Assembly (NCBI RefSeq): GCF_006345805.1
Contig: NC_042999.1
Coordinates: 63,240,001 to 63,304,000 of the forward strand
Length of the DNA stretch: 64,000 nucleotides
Source of the DNA: Octopus sinensis
Lineage: Eukaryota
Reading direction: 5' to 3'
The notes beneath the pieces were generated by a model. That model saw only the letters and a program-made list of their open reading frames with translations, made no database searches and was not told where the DNA came from. Below are positions 24,893-38,629 of the stretch, in pieces; the first letter of the stretch is position 1; the number at the start of each line of letters is the position of its first letter. A program made the translations under genes and the position numbers.

Positions 24893-25929
24893 CTTAGTTA
24901 TTTTGATAAGAACTATTCCCCAAATAGTCTTACAGCATGTTCATTTACCACCTCAAGTATTCTTGTCACCTGCTCTCATACACTATTGTTAGATTATCAC
25001 TGACATTATATTGGGTTTCTAGCAACCATTTGCACTAAGCTTGGATGAGTGGGGGGGAGGGGTCAAGTGTAGCTGCAAATGTCTCAACTGCATGGTTGTA
25101 TGAACAAGTATACAGAACACATGTGTGTGTGTGCGTGTGTGTGTGTGTATGTAATATGTATGTCTTCAGATGTTTACCCCTGGAACTGCTGCTCTCAACC
25201 AACATTTGGTTGAAAAGAAAACTCTCCTACTGCTAGCCTTTCAGAGAAACAAATGAGTACATTCTTCTTTGATTATTCCCAACTCTGCACCTACCATTCA
25301 AAGATCTGACACTGTCACACTTCTTACACTAGTTGATCTCTGAGAATATCACCTTTTCTTTCCACACACACACCCACACTCGGCATAACATCTCCAAACA
25401 TTCCACCCCCACCACCACTACCACAGTTACATACACCCTATCCTATTTCTCGTTGGGATCCAGGCAGGAATTCCTGCCCTGCAATACTGTAACGGTGCCA
25501 AGTCAGTGGCTGGTGGTGGGGGGAAGAGATTTTGAAACCCACCTTACAACCCTATCCCCACCTGCGACACCAACCAGCTCTCTCTCTCTCTACTCTACAT
25601 ACATACACATGCACCAAACCATTTTCCCTTATCTGTCTTCTTTCTTCCTTCATAAGCACAAGCACAGCAACAACAACACAACCACTATCATTATTGCCCT
25701 CCTCCTCCTCCTCCACATCAGCACCCTCATCATCAGCAGTGCTATAACTACCATATTTTTTCTTTCTTTTTTTTCTTTTTCTATAGTTGTATTTATGCAG
25801 CTTGGCAGACAGATAGACTGGCAGCAGAACTTAAACTAGCTTTAGCTGGACATTCCAAAGATTCTTCATTCAAAATGAAATAGACCAGTGTGAGTTTAGA
25901 GGTGAAAAGAGCTTCTCACTAGCATCTAC

Positions 25930-26060
25930 CTGCTCTCCAGTAAATTCCTCAATGGAGCAGGGAGTGGACAAGTTCTGCCATAGGAAATAGAGCAGGAGAT
26001 CAAATCTCATGAGCTGTACAAGTGCAGTGGGGGTGTACAACGCAAACTTTGAAACTTTAA
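25930..26060 (-). other. Possible exon of an unidentified minus-strand transcript
   Basis: Strong acceptor ttttattttatttgttgattttgttgtttacAG at 26062-26061, possible donor CAG|GTagat at 25929; no recognisable protein. Confidence 0.25.
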
Positions 26061-26101
26061 CTGTAAACAACAAAATCAACAAATAAAATAAAATAATATA
26101 A

Positions 26102-26495
26102 TACTCTTACTTTTTTACATGTTTCAGTTATTTGACTGTCGCCATGCTGGAACTTCAGCTTAAAGGGTATTAGTCAAAAGAAATTGCCCCCAGGACTTAT
26201 TCTTTGTAAGCCTAGTACTTATTCTATCAGTCTTTTTTGCTGAACTGCTAAGTTACAGAGACATAAACTCACCACCATCAGTTGTCAAGCAAAGGGTGGG
26301 GTGGGGAAAAACACAGCCACAAAGACACACACACATATATATATATGATGGGCTTCTTTCAGTTTCTGAAAATCCAATCACAAGGCTTTGGTCAGCCCCA
26401 GACTATAGTAGAAGGCACTTGCCTAAGGTGTCACACAGTGGGACTGAAACCAGAACCGTGTGGTTGGGAAGCAAGTTTCTTACCACACAGCCTAT
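26102..26495 (-). mobile_element. SINE family A
   Basis: Matches family consensus. Confidence 0.85.
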
Positions 26496-27130
26496 GTTTC
26501 TTTCAGATGGCTGTCATAACTCTTCTACTTTAACTCACGATCAAAGATCAAGTCACTCGACAAGTAAGTACAACCCTGAAATTATAAAGTTACTATGATA
26601 AATCTTCCACCACAAGGTTCAGTCTTTGCTGCAGTGTGGCAACTTGTGTACCTCTAGGACCCTGAGAATTATGACAGCAAAGTGCAAGCTCCTGATAAGG
26701 CTGAACAGATCAAAAGATAGAGGCCAGACTAATATGGACTACTTACCCCCAGATGTAAAAATAGGAGTGTATAGGGTCACCACACTTGCCCAGAGAAAAG
26801 AAACATTACAGAAGTATCAATGACAATTCAAAATCAATAAAACCTGAGAGTGGAAGGCCTTCCTTTGGGGAAACCTGATGCAGTATTGTAAAATCCAAAG
26901 GGAAAAGTAGGGATCCAACTAGAGAGAAGCAGAAAAGACAGCCCAGAGGTGAGAACAGTGAAGAAAGGTCATTGATGGCCTGTATACCTATTTCTTTACT
27001 ACCCACAAGGGGCTAAACAAGGACAGACAAACGGATTAAGTCGATTACATCGACCCCAATGTGTAACTGGTGCTTAATTTATTGACCCCGAAAGGATGAA
27101 AGGCAAAGTCGGCCTTTCTTAGTAAATAAA

Positions 27131-27530
27131 TAGGCACAGGAGTGGCTGCGTGGTAAGTAGCTTGCTTACCAACCGCATGGTTCCGGGTTCAGTCCCACTA
27201 CGTGGCACCTTGAGCAAAGTGTTTTCTATTATAGCCTCGGGGTGACCAAAGCATTGTGAGTGGATTTGGTAGACGGAAACTGAAAGAAGCCTGTCGTATA
27301 TATGTATATGTTTATATATGTGTGTGTGTGTGTTTGTCCCCCTGACATATCTTGACAACCAATGCTGGTGTGTTTACATCCCTGTAACTTAGCGGTTCTG
27401 CAAAAAAAACCGATAGAATAAGTACTAGGCTTACAAAGAATAAGTCCTGGGGTCAATCTACTCGACTAAAAGGCGGTGCTCCAGCATAACCGCAGTTAAA
27501 TGACTGAAACAAGTGAAAGAGTAAAGAGTA
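27131..27530 (+). mobile_element. SINE family A (preceded by family B fragment 26988-27115, minus)
   Basis: taggcacaggagtggctgcgtggtaag..aaaagagtaaagag tail. Confidence 0.9.
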
Positions 27531-27788
27531 TAACATCACAGCTAACCAACCACATCTTGCAAAAGGCATAATGTCTTACCATAATACAGAATTTACAAAA
27601 ATTGTATATTGCAGAAGATCTACAAATGTGAGTTGTTGACATTTGATCATCTTTTCTTAAGGATACCATTTATCAGAAGGTACACAAGACATGCCATATG
27701 TAATGATGGTGCTGCTATGGTTCCATCAGGTGTTGAGGGCAAGGTAAAAGAACTTGAATAGAAAGTTCTGTGATTTTCTACAGCTTAA

Positions 27789-28180
27789 TCATCGTCATCG
27801 TTTAACGTCCGTTTTCCATGCTAGCATGGGTTGGACGATTTTGACTGAGGGCTGGCGAACCAGATGGCTGCACCAGGCTCCAATCTTGATCTGGCAGAGT
27901 TTCTACAGCTGGATGCCCTTCCTAACGCCAACCACTCCGAGAGTGTAGTGGGTGCTTTTTACGTTCCACCAGCATGGGGCCAGTCAGGCGGTATTGGTAA
28001 CAACCTCGCTAGAATCTTTTTACACATGTCATCGGCAATGATCACGCTTGGATGGTGCTCTTGGCACCCTACTAGCACGGGCACAAGTGCCAGTAAGGCG
28101 ACGCTGGTAACGATCACACTTGTATGGTGCTCTTTGCACCCCACTAGCACGGATGCCAGTCATCGAATTTGATTTTGACT
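27789..28180 (-). mobile_element. Family C
   Basis: Shared 3' end and modules, ends gccagtcatcgaatttgatttt. Confidence 0.88.
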
Positions 28181-28451
28181 TCAGGTTAATCACATTAATG
28201 TTGACACAAAATTTTTCAATATGACCTGATGGGAAGCACAATAGCCATGCAAAAATGCTTTGCTTCTAACCAACAGGAAACAACATCAACCTTTATAACA
28301 AAAAGTGAATGTTTCCAAACAATCAACCCATCCCTGCTTGTGTGAAAAAAAAATGATGAAACCACTGTGGAAAAAAAAAAAGCCACAATACACAAGGTTT
28401 TATTCAAAGCTATTTCCTATAAAAAAAAAAGAAAAAAAAAATCAGCAACAT

Positions 28452-28486
<35 letters not shown>

Positions 28487-28915
28487 TAGGTATTAAACCT
28501 GTATGAAAATTGTAAACCCATGAATTAAACGTGCGTGTGTGCATGCATGTGTGTATATTATTATTATTATTATTGTTGTTGTTGTCATCGTCATCATCAT
28601 CAGTACTAGCAGTGGTGGAAATACTAATCATATTCTAATACTGACTAAAACTCTGAATGCTGTGCAATGACTACTCTCCAGTAGAGTTTCAAAATTTCTA
28701 CAACAGCCTTATCTGAGACCAAATAATACGAGTAACCTAATGCAACAATTAGATTGGTATGTAACTATACATCTGTCACCAGACACTATGCTAAATTGTA
28801 TTTTAGCTTTGTTTTCAACAAATTCTTCCATTTTCTTCTGTTTGATTTGACAAAAAAGAAAGAAAAAATACAAGTGACAAAAACTCAAAAACACCCAGTA
28901 TTTAGCTACAAAATG

Positions 28916-29192
28916 TGTGGAGGCACATGGCCTAGTGGTTAGAGCAGTGGACTCGCAGTTGAGAGATCGTGGGTTCGAATTTCAGACCGGGCGATGTGAG
29001 TGTTTATGAGCGAAACAGCTGAGTAGAAGGTAATGGTGAACTTCTGCTGATTCTTCCGCCACAACTTTCTCTCACTCTTTCCTCCTGCATCTTGCAGCTC
29101 ACCTGCGACGGACCGGCGTACCGTCCAGGTGGGGAACCTATACACCATGGAAACCGGCCCTTATGAGCCAGGCATGGCTCAATAAGGAACTT
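28916..29192 (+). mobile_element. SINE family D
   Basis: gtggaggcacatggcctagtggttagagc..gggttcgaatttc; same as 47805-48085 and 58715-58950 (minus). Confidence 0.85.
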
Positions 29193-30206
29193 AGTTACAA
29201 AATCACTAGCATTTCAAAACTCAGAGATAAATTTCTCCCAAGTTTAGATGAAGCATTATCCTCTTTTATGTAACACAACCAGAAAATTTAGAATACATTC
29301 CTTGCAACTTGGCAAATAAAACTATGGAATTAGTAGCGAGAGCGTAGTGTTGTAAGTTTCTTTACACGCTGGTTAAAGTATTTTGGAGTTCTTAAGGAAG
29401 ACTAAGTTGTCATGCTGCAACCAGATGATGCTTCTTAGGCCTTTGTTCATGGAAAGCAGTGCATGTCATATTGCTTCTTTTTCTAAGTGTGTGCATGAGA
29501 GAGAGAAAGAGAAAGGGTGTGTGCGTGTGTATTTTGCAGATGACAGATCCTTGGGATTGAAGGCTGCACTACACAGATTATACCATGTTGGGGATGGGTA
29601 GCCAGGCTTTACTTAAAAAAAAAACATAACAAAAAGAAAAATATTTACCACTGACTATTTTAAGTGAAGAATTAACTATCAGGATATTTTAAAGTCAAAT
29701 CTATTATTATATATTGCTTTGAGAGCTTGGCAAATATCTTTCCTAATATAAATGACAGTGTACCCCTGTCTTCTGTATTTTGGATCTATTCCAAGGGACT
29801 GGATTCATTCCAAGTAACTTCAGGTCGATAACTGAGATTACCGTTTTGATGGAAGTCTTTTGAAGATACATTTGCCCAGGGATGTTTGGGAATCCAGACT
29901 AGGGAGCAGTAATCTTTTTTCAACCAGAGTTGAGGAAAATAGAACTAGATAGGCTGAAATCTTAATCAACAACTTTGTACTTACATCAATATTCAACATT
30001 AAAGATTTAACCAACTAGTTCAAATGAAACTACATCTGTTGGCAGATAAGTCACATAAATATTCAAACCTGTTTGCATTTCATTGAGTGATACAGCAGAT
30101 ACTTGGGCTAATGATCAAAGTGAGGTCTACCTTGATGACCTGAAGCCATTTCTGTGCAAATGTGCATCATGGCATTTCTGCCAGGCCAAGCATGGCAATG
30201 CATTAA

Positions 30207-30685
30207 TCCTTTTGCTACCAGATTTCTGTTGAGATGCTTTGTGTTACTTGCAATTAATTTTAAATATATATTTCTTTATTGCCCACAAGGGGGCTAAACA
30301 CAGAGGTGACAAACAAGGACTGACAAGCGGATTAAGTCGATTACATTGACCCCAGTGCGAAACTGGCACTTTATTTATTGACCCCGAAAGGATGAAAGGC
30401 AAAGTCGACCTCGGCAGAATTTGAACTCAGAATGTAAAGACAGATGAACTACCGCTAAGCATTTCGCCCGGCACGCTAACGTGTCTGCCAGCTCGCCGCC
30501 CTTTTGCAATTAATTTTAAATATAACAAAGAACTTAGTAAAATAACTTCGTTATCATTAAGCTAGTGCTAGGAACATAAATTGTAACTAAGGTTTGGTGG
30601 AAAATTTTAATCCAGAACTTTTGAAAACAAGACATTTGCATGACAGAGCAAGAGGCAGTTTTAGGGCTGGTTGGTATCAAAAGGG
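30207..30685. mobile_element. piggyBac-like MITE with nested SINE B (30270-30501, minus)
   Basis: TTAA ends; SINE flanked by 21-bp TSD ttgcaattaattttaaatata; the uninterrupted form is at 43220-43439. Confidence 0.85.
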
Positions 30686-31056
30686 TTAAAGTATCTAAAT
30701 GTCACATCCATGTATTATTAGATTATATATAAAAACCTTTTATTAGCAAAATAGTTACTCAAGGGGCTTCAGTTCCACCACCACCACCACCACCACCATT
30801 TATGTTTCACAGTTTTATGGCTGCGTTCATCAGACAGAATTTGTTGGGGCAGCTTTTCTGATTGCCAGATGCGCTTCATGTTGCCAACTCACACCTAATT
30901 CCAAGCAAGATATTTTCCCATGACACATTTCACACAGAAGACCAGAAACAAACAACGGCATTTGTATGATGGTAACGTTTGTTTACAACTATCATGGAAT
31001 GTCAACACAAAGAGATACACGACACATAAGCACATTATGGGCTTCTCTCAGTTTCT

Positions 31057-31459
31057 TATTTCTTTACTGCCCACAAGGGGCTACACACAGAGGAGACAAA
31101 CGAATTAAGTCGATTATATCAACCCCAGTGCATAACTGGTATTTAATCTATTGACCTCGAAAGGATGAAAGGCAAAGTCGACCTCGGCGGAATTTGAACG
31201 CAGAACATAGTGGCAGACGAAATACCTATTTCTTTACTACCCACAAGGGGCTAAACACAGGGGGGACAAACAAGGACAGACAAACGGATTAAGTCGATTA
31301 CATCGACCCCAGTGCGTAACTGGTACTTAATTTATCGACCATGAAAGAATGAAAGGCAAAGTTGACCTCAGCAGAATTTGAACTCAGAACGTAACAGCAG
31401 AAGAAATATGGCTACGCGTTTCGCCCAGTGTGCTAACGATTCTACCAGCTTGCCGCCTT
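31057..31459 (-). mobile_element. SINE family B head-to-tail dimer
   Basis: Two bodies joined at gaaata|ggtatttcgtc. Confidence 0.85.
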
Positions 31460-31933
31460 CTCTCAGTTTCTGTCTACTAAGTCCACTTACAAAGATTAGG
31501 TCAGGCTGGGGATAAGACACTTGCTTAAGGTGCACACAGTGGGATTGAAGCTGAAACCAGTTGATTGGGTAGAGAAATTCTAAACCATACAACAATATGT
31601 AGTGTATGTGTGTGTGCACGTGCATGCATGCGTGTGTGAACCATTTTGTTCAATATCATTTCATTATGATGTTAAGAAATATTATAAAACCAAATGCTGT
31701 AAAATAAAAATTTGTTAAATGCAAGCCTCTCAACCAGAATTTTTGATAGTCATTTTCCTTATTTTTTGATAATCTGCTACACTTTTCAATTCAGTGAAAT
31801 GTATAAAAAATGTGGGGGAAATGATGAATAAAGACATTAAAATTCTTTTATTTCACAATTGTCACCCAAAATTTATTCTATATATATATATATATAGATA
31901 TACATAGGTAATAATTTTTCACAACTATAAGTA

Positions 31934-31979
31934 AGGGTATCTGAGAGACACCACCATGCCGAAATAGCAGTCAAACCCT
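31934..31979 (+). ncRNA. Decayed type I hammerhead-like motif
   Basis: agggtat-CTGA(-)GA-gaca-ccacca-tgcc-GAAA-tagcag-TC-aaaccct; N7 missing, single mismatches in stems I and II. Confidence 0.45.
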
Positions 31980-32811
31980 GACTCTAAAAACCACCTAAAA
32001 TGTTCATATCACACCACGAGATAAGACAGATAGACAAAATAAACTAGCAAAAAGATATTACTGGATAATTCAAGATCTTGGATTTCTAGCTTTGCTTCAA
32101 ATAAGCTCTGCTTTCGTTAGTTGAATATACCACATTAGTACATAAATACAAAAATATATATATACAGAACATACGTTATACTTACATATACGAACGTCCA
32201 AACATACATATATATGCACGTATGTACAAGGCCAGATTTAAATTGCCCGCCAACTACCTCGTAAGTGCGATATGGTCAAAATAAACACCGCAGTGAATAT
32301 AGTGACGAATTATATAAATTTATATAAATACATATATATATCTACTGTCTCCTTCATGGACATGTAACTCTAAAATTATAACACTTAAAATATGAAATAA
32401 ACAATGACAAGCAAAGAATGAAACTATAATATCTGGCAGATATAAATTAATACATTTAATATTATCTCATAAAATACTATATTTTTTCTAAAGTACTAAA
32501 CCCAGAATATTTAATTCATTTCTCCTTTAACATGTTGCTTCTTTGCTGGCCTTTAACTCTTTAGCATTCAAATTACTCAGACAAATGTAATGCATGTTTA
32601 TTCACCTTCTTTTGAATTAATCATGCACTAGTGGCTGTGTAGTAAGTAGCTTGCTTACCAACCACATGGTTCCGGGCTCAGCCCTACTGCATGGCACCTC
32701 AGGCAAGTGTCTTCTACTATAGCCTCAGACAGACCAAAGCCTTGTGAGTGGATTTGGTAGATGGAAACTGAAATAAGCCCATCATATATACACACACACA
32801 CACACACATAC

Positions 32812-32848
<37 letters not shown>

Positions 32849-33574
32849 CATACACACATACACACAAGGTGCAGTGCGAAAGATATTTGAGGACAAATTT
32901 ATGTTTATAAAATAACAGATATATAACAGATCTGTGTGGCACCTTGGGCAAGTGTCTTCTGCTATAGCCCTGGGCTGACCGAAGTTTTGTAATTGAAATT
33001 GGTAGGCGAAAGTTACTGCTGTGTGTGAAGGTGCTTGTGCCTTTCCAAGAGAGAGAGAGAGAGAGAGATAACTTTATTTATCAAACATGCACACAAACAC
33101 ATTAATATGCAAAATACATACATAAAAACGTACACACATACATACATACATACATATGCACACACATACATACATGCATACACACGCATGCATGCATACA
33201 CACACTTACATGCAAGCATGCATATTCACACTTACATGCATGCTTACACACACTTACATGGATGCATACATACATGGGTATGTGCACGCATATGACCCAC
33301 ACGTGTACAAATAAACAAAAAGAACACAGCTTGAATAAGATAGTCAACAACAATTGGAAAGGTTACAAGACACAATGAAAATTTTACAAAAATAAATAAG
33401 CAAATGAGTGGAAATTTTACCAATGAGTGTGTTAAATTATAAGGCACCAAAAGAGAATGGCTCTCCCCAGACAACAGAATATGCTTCAACACACGAACTC
33501 ACATAAAGAGTCTTGCAAACCAAATACAAAAATGGATTAGAAAATGAAACAAAGTCAAAATTCTATGCATGACA

Positions 33575-33912
33575 TACTCTTTTACTTGTTTCAGTCATTT
33601 GACTGCAGCCACGCTGGAGCACTGCCTTTAGTCAAGCAAATCGACCCCAGGACTTATTCTTTGTAAGCCTAGTACTTATTTTATCGGTCCCTTTTGCTGA
33701 GCCGCTAAGTTACGGGGATGTAAACACACCAGAATTGGTTGTCAAGTGATGTTGGGGGAGACAAACACAGATACGTATATAAACATATACATATATATGA
33801 CGGGCCGAGGCTATAGTAGAAGACACTTGCCCAAGGTGCCACACAGTGGAACTGAACCTGGAACCATGTGGTTGGTAAGCAAGCTACTTACCACACAGCC
33901 ACTCCTTCGCCT
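33575..33912 (-). mobile_element. SINE family A, internally deleted
   Basis: Matches consensus with a deletion after gacgggc. Confidence 0.85.
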
Positions 33913-35468
33913 GAAACTTTACATTAGTCACCTTTTGTTTATGGCATTCTGAAGTTGCATTCACAAATAAGCAGTGCACGAAATATATACTCATTTTGCA
34001 TGTGTATATTCTCTCTCTCTCTCTCTCTCTCTTTCACACATACACATACACACACATCTACCCATTCAATGACGAACCACTTACAGCTACTCGTTGCTAG
34101 GCAGCTATGACACCACTTTTGTTTTAGATGCAGTTCAAGTCGGAGTTTCAGTGGTAAACCAACCCGAGCACTTATTATACACACAGTTATTGCATTACAT
34201 CATTAGATGGAATTTTTATAACTCTATATAATACATGTATAATTGTAAAGTTTGCTTCATAACCACAAGGTTTTAGGTTCTATCCAAATGCAGGGCATCT
34301 TGGGCTTGTGCCTTCTGCATTAGTGCTGGACTGATCAATGCCTTGTGAGTGAAACTGGTAGATGGAAATTTAATGGAAATCTGTGTGTGTGTGTGTGTAC
34401 ATGTGCTTGAGTGTGTTTGTATTATTTTTTGTTTAATTTCATTTCATTATTATGTTAAGAAATATAAAACCAAATGCTGTAAAATAAAATTTGTTAAAAA
34501 GCATGCCACTCAATCTGAATTTGATATTCATTTTCTTTTTCTTTCCATTGTAACCTGCTACATTTTCAATTTAGTGAAATGTATTAAAAAAAAAAAAAGG
34601 CAGGGATGATGAATAAGGATGCTAAACATTAAAATTCTCTTATTTCAAAATTGTCACCCAAGATATATATAATAACATAATATATATATATATATACACA
34701 CACATACATATATATACATCCACTGTCTCCTTCATGGACATGTAACTAAAATTATAACAACACTTATAATATGAAATAAACATGTGCTTGAGAGTTTAAT
34801 TCTGTGTATCTTTGCATTGGTACCATTTGAGTGATGGTGATAACACATAGACCATGTAAAGATTAGTAGATTAAAAAACACCTTATTTGAAAAAATGGGT
34901 TGGCGATAGAAACGGTATCTGGTCATAAAATACTGCCACAATCTCTCATCTAACCCATGCCATCATGGAAAAGGCTGAGGTAAAAGTTATTATATATAAT
35001 GCAGGTGCAGATGTAGTTGTGTGGAAGAAGTTTGTTTCTTATCCATATAGCTACGTCTACACCTATATCATTTCTAATAATTGGTTTCGGGTTCAGTCCC
35101 ACCTCGTGGAACTTCGAGCAAGTTTTTTCTACTACAACCTCAGGCTTACCAAATCCTTGCAAATGGATTTAGTAGAGGGAAACTGAAAAAAGCTCATCAT
35201 GTGTGTGTATGTGTCTCTCTCTTTCTCTCTCTCTATATATATTCGTGTTTCCTTGTCTTGACATCATGTGATAGTTGCAAATAAATGTCACTATCATACA
35301 AGTATAACCACTCCTTTCAAATACTTTGTAAAAACATGTCTGGCAAAGGAGAAATATCTTACTTAGAAACAGGTGACTGTTGGTGAGAAGAAGGAGATCC
35401 AGCTGCAGAAAATCATTAAACTCTGTCTGACCCATACAAGCACAGAAAAGTGGAGATGATATATACAT

Positions 35469-35600
35469 ACTGTAAATCCTCGAGTATAATACGCAGGGGA
35501 TTTTTAGGAGGCTGTACCTCTGAAAAACCTAAACCTTGTGTATAATACGCACCCCTTCTCTAACTTGAGTCAAGGAGGTCTATATAACGACCTTTATTAT
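35469..35600 (+). mobile_element. Tc1/mariner-superfamily (pogo/Tc2-like) left end
   Basis: ta|ctgtaaatcctcgagtataatacgca with the subterminal repeat gtataatacgcac. Confidence 0.45.
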
Positions 35601-35605
35601 TATTG

Positions 35606-36432
35606 TGTGGAGGAGCAATGGCCCAGTGGTTAGGACAGCGGACTTGCAGTCGTAGGATCGCGGTTTCGATTCCCAGACCGGGCATTGTGAGTGTTTATTG
35701 AGCAAAAACACCTAAAGCTCCATGAGGCTCCAGCAGGAGGTGGTGGTGAACCCTGCTGTACTCTTTCACAACTTTCTCTCACTCTTTCTTCCTGTTTCTG
35801 TTGTACCTGTATTTCAAAGGGCCAGCCTTGTCACACTCTGTGTCACGCTGAATCTCCCCAAGAACTACGTTAAGGGTACATGTGTCTGTGGAGCACTCAG
35901 CCACTTGTACGTTAATAAATGAGCTGCGACGTCACTGGTGCCAAGCTGTATTGGCCTTTGCCTTTCCCTTGGATAACATCGGTGGAGTAGAGAGGGGAGG
36001 CTAGTATGCGTGGGCGACTGCTGGTCTTCCATAAACAACCTTGCCCAGACTTGTACCTCGGAGGTGCCAATGGCATGTAAAAAGCACCATTTAAGCGTGA
36101 TCATTACCTGCATTGCCTTACTGGCACTTGACAAAACATTTGAGCAAGGTCGTTGCCAGTGCCGCTGGACTGGCTCCTGTGCAGGTGACACATAAAAGGC
36201 ACCATTTTGAGCGTGGGCGTTGCCAGTACTGCCTAACTGTCCCTCGTGCCGGTGGCACATAAAAGCACCCACCACACTCTCGGAGTGGTTGGCATTAGGA
36301 AGGGCATCCAGCTGTAGAAACTCTGCCAGATCAGATTGGCGTCTGGTGCAGCCATCTGGTTCGCCAGTCATCAGTCAAATCGTCCAACCCATGCTAGCAT
36401 GGAAAGCAGACGTTAAACGATGATGATGATGA
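35606..36432 (+). mobile_element. SINE family D (35606-36062) fused to family C (36063-36432)
   Basis: tRNA-like head tggcccagtggttagg..ggtttcgattccc, long body, then modular family C and (gat)n. Confidence 0.85.
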
Positions 36433-36949
36433 TAACATAAATATAAATATACATACATTATCAATGTGTGTGAAAAAAATATGAAATAGGAAGAAAACTC
36501 AAAATTCCGAACACTACACCTTCCCCAAAATTTCTTTATGTCTATAGAATCCCCCCCATCATGACACTTTTGTTCACCAGCACAACACGTTTGCTTGTTG
36601 CATGACTTAGTCTCTTTACCTTGCTAAATATTATAAAAGAAAAATCAAGTAAACAAAAGCACATAAGTATATGTATTGAAAAAAATAAAGAAGCAATACT
36701 TTTGTCACTCCATACATACACACCTGTACTAATATGACAACCATTTCAGAAATCCCAAGTTGGAGCTGTTCCACAACTTTTTTTTTTTAAACATTGAGTT
36801 GACCTAATAAGAAATAATTCTTATCAATTCTTTTGATTGTTTGTTAGACTTAAAACAGAGGGGGGCAAAAAGCTAGCAAAAACATGCGACAAGAGCAAGT
36901 AAAGTAATAAGAAGGGCAGGATAACATTGAAGATACAGATGTACTAAAG

Positions 36950-37239
36950 CAGTGGTTCCCAAACTTTTTCAGGTTGCTGCTCCCTTGGCACCCAGGCCAC
37001 GTTCCTAGTGCCTGCCCTGCACCACTCACCACCACAGACATACACCACTTGCTGCAGCAAATTCAAAACAACTGTATTTCATGAATAAAACTTAACCTAA
37101 CTGACCTATTATTTTGGGGGGTTTTTTACGCCCATCACCCTCTTTTGGCTACCCCATTATCATCCCATTTTTCTTCAATGCCTCCTGGATCTTTTAACTG
37201 CCTGCAAAGGGGCAGTACTGCCCACTTTTGGAACCACTG
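36950..37239. mobile_element. hAT-like MITE
   Basis: cagtggttcccaaa ... ttttggaaccactg TIRs; TSD imperfect. Confidence 0.7.
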
Positions 37240-37522
37240 TATTTACAGAAAAATATTTTGAATTAAACATGTTTAATTTAAAATATTTGGTGCATGGGTA
37301 GTTGAGAAACTTGTTTCCCAACCATGTTGGATTGGATTCAGCCCCACTATATGGCGCTTCAAGCAGAGCAGACAAAAGAGTGATGGATTGTAATAGAAAT
37401 GGATAATTGGTAATAATGAATGTTGGCTATCAATACCAACAGAAATACATGCAGATATGATGTGATTCCTTATATATATGATTCATGACGGAAGAGACAG
37501 TTACAGTAACATGGATCAGAAA

Positions 37523-37925
37523 TAGAAGAGTTACATACATTATTTACATTTGACGGATATTTGCCCTCATCTTGTTTGTTGTTAATACGTTTCTGCTGAT
37601 ATACCCTCCAGCCTTTATCAGGTGTCTTGGGGAAATTTCGAACCTGGGTTCTCATTCCTAAGGTATTTTTCAATGTTATTATTATCATCATCATTATTAT
37701 TATTATTATTATTATGCTTCTCGGCCTAACAGGCCAAGCTCAATATTATTATTATTATTATTGTTGTTGTTCAGGCCATTGCTTGGAATCAAACTCGGAA
37801 TCTTGGGGCTGGAGGGTATATCAGCCGAAACATTGTGTTAACAACAAACAAGATGAGGACAAATATCCATCGAATGTAAATAATGTACATAATTTCTCAT
37901 CTCTTAAATATAGAACAGAAGAGTT
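37523..37925. mobile_element. Penelope-like element relic: inverted repeat pair with hammerhead halves
   Basis: 37535-37613 is the reverse complement of 37807-37890; minus strand gacac-CTGATAA-a-ggctg..cagca-GAAA-cgt; plus strand ggctg..cagcc-GAAA-cattgtgtt. Confidence 0.7.
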
Positions 37926-38629
37926 ACATGTTAGAGAAAGAAGAGGGTCAGAAATGTCCAGCGACATCCCTAGTTACACTGGATGTATAGCACTTTGAGA
38001 AAGACAGATCCACTGCCACCCTCAGTCACACACACACTAACAGAACAGTACAATGAGAATGAGAGATGAGTGACAAGGGAGCCAGTACGAGAAGGGTACA
38101 TGTGACAATGTCACAAAGATGAGAAGAGTAGCTAAAAAGCAGATGTAGACTTCTCAGTATATACAAATCTGTGTGTGTGTGTGTGCATATGAGTAAGTTA
38201 TGTCACCCAACCTCTATCATGACACAATTTTAAAGTCAGTTTTGCCATGCCTGCATAGGTAGGGAGATCTTCTGCACTGATTGGCATCAAATAAAGTGGC
38301 CCTTTGTCTTCTCTTCCATGAGATGCAGCAACTTCAAATCCTTCTTCCCCACTTCATCCCATTTCTCTCTCAGGTTCCCTTTTCCTAAAGATGCATTCAC
38401 TTTTGACTGTACAATATTTCTTCATACAGCTCCTCTCAATCTCTCTATAGTCATTACACACTTATATCAAATGCATATTTCTCCATTTCACACTACAACT
38501 CATTTCTTTTATGTTCAGTTTTTCTTTCAATTCATTTATATTGCTGTTTCTGCACACTAATATCATACACATGGCAGGTAAGGTGGCAAGCTGACAGAAT
38601 CTTTAGAAGAAGGGGGAAACTTCTACATA

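Larger units (their letters stand above)
31655..34780. repeat. Old local segmental duplication (31655-31875 + 32343-32400 vs 34437-34780)
   Basis: Shared tatgttaagaaat..aaaccaaatgctgtaaaata.., attgtcacccaa and actgtctccttcatggacatgtaact. Confidence 0.8.

Noticed and set aside
27570-27630. Minus-strand ATG|GTAAGA donor with a nearby acceptor (also GAT|GTAAGT near 29985)
   Set aside because: Acceptors are weak and translations unrecognisable; isolated donors are expected by chance in 64 kb
28916-28992. tRNA-like sequences at SINE heads (also 23778, 35606, 47805, 27131)
   Set aside because: A and B boxes are present but there is no complete cloverleaf or acceptor stem, and they continue into SINE bodies
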